Assembly: GCA_040386535.1 (NCBI GenBank)
Contig: JAZKFH010000007.1
Span: forward strand, 1-43,959
Direction: 5' to 3'
DNA: 43,959 nucleotides
From: Myxococcota bacterium
GTDB lineage: Bacteria > Myxococcota_A > UBA796 > SXON01
Both the position numbers and the translations under genes were made by a program. The notes beneath the pieces were generated by a model. The model was given only the letters and a program-made list of their open reading frames with translations. It did no database searches and had not been told where the DNA came from. This document shows positions 43,737 to 43,959 of the stretch, piece after piece. Position 1 is the stretch's first letter, and each line of letters starts with the position of its first letter.

Positions 43737-43959
43737 CCAGCGGGCCGAACTCGGGGGATGGCCGAACATCCCGTCCGTTCGGCGCGCCCAGCGCGCCGAA
43801 CTCGGGGGATGGCCGCACATCCCGTCCGTTCGGCGCGTCCAGCGCGCCGAACTCGGGGGATGGCCGAACATCCCGTCCGTTCGGCGCGCCCAGCGCGCCG
43901 AACTCGGGGGATGGCCGCACATCCCGTCCGTTCGGCGCGTCCAGCGCGCCGAACTCGGG
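43737..43959. repeat. 51-bp tandem hairpin repeat, alternating A/B variants, truncated by the window end
   Basis: CCAGCGCGCCGAACTCGGGGGATGGCCG(A/C)ACATCCCGTCCGTTCGGCGCG(C/T) starting at 43737, 43788, 43839, 43890 and 43941 (partial). Confidence 0.97.

Noticed and set aside
43737..43959. CRISPR array
   Set aside because: Units are head-to-tail with no spacers.
1..43959. tRNA, rRNA, transposase, integrase or prophage genes
   Set aside because: None recognised by eye; a tRNAscan-SE/Infernal/ISEScan run would be needed to exclude them formally.

Overview
A very GC-rich bacterial window, most consistent with a Myxococcota-like lineage (inferred from many Asp/Thr-rich lipoproteins, vWA lipoproteins and an ExbB + two-ExbD cluster). 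It starts and ends inside tandem repeats, so it is probably a whole contig broken at repeats. I support about 45 CDS; most long ORFs in the supplied track are antisense shadows or have over-extended starts. Recognisable genes: SAM methyltransferase + DAG-kinase-family pair, THUMP RNA methyltransferase, GntR/ABC (YtrA/YtrB-like) operon, receiver protein + hybrid PAS kinase, NUDIX, choice-of-anchor-I protein, cupin/TetR pair, SRPBCC-TIGR01777, gloB, MOSC, YdcF, acyl-CoA dehydrogenase, aryl-sulfate sulfotransferase, KAS III-like synthase, plsC, M16 peptidase, class I/II aminotransferase, a divergent ppa and a GT-C-like membrane protein. No rRNA, tRNA, CRISPR array or transposase was recognised. 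Most notable: (1) a coupled five-gene AglRQS/ExbBD-type motor operon with no TonB/TolA gene, led by an unannotated 59-aa membrane protein and a Cys-pair repeat protein, with one ExbD lacking the transmembrane Asp, followed by two paralogous Ig-vWA lipoproteins; (2) non-coding arrays of ~50-nt two-tier hairpins (179-180-bp period at 4.8-5.4 kb; 51-bp alternating units at the right end); (3) a window-wide leaderless-promoter signature (TA 11-13 nt before start codons) and ultrashort, charge-free signal peptides; (4) a second missed small membrane protein and several enzymes with altered catalytic motifs. All family calls come from motif recognition by eye, not database searches.
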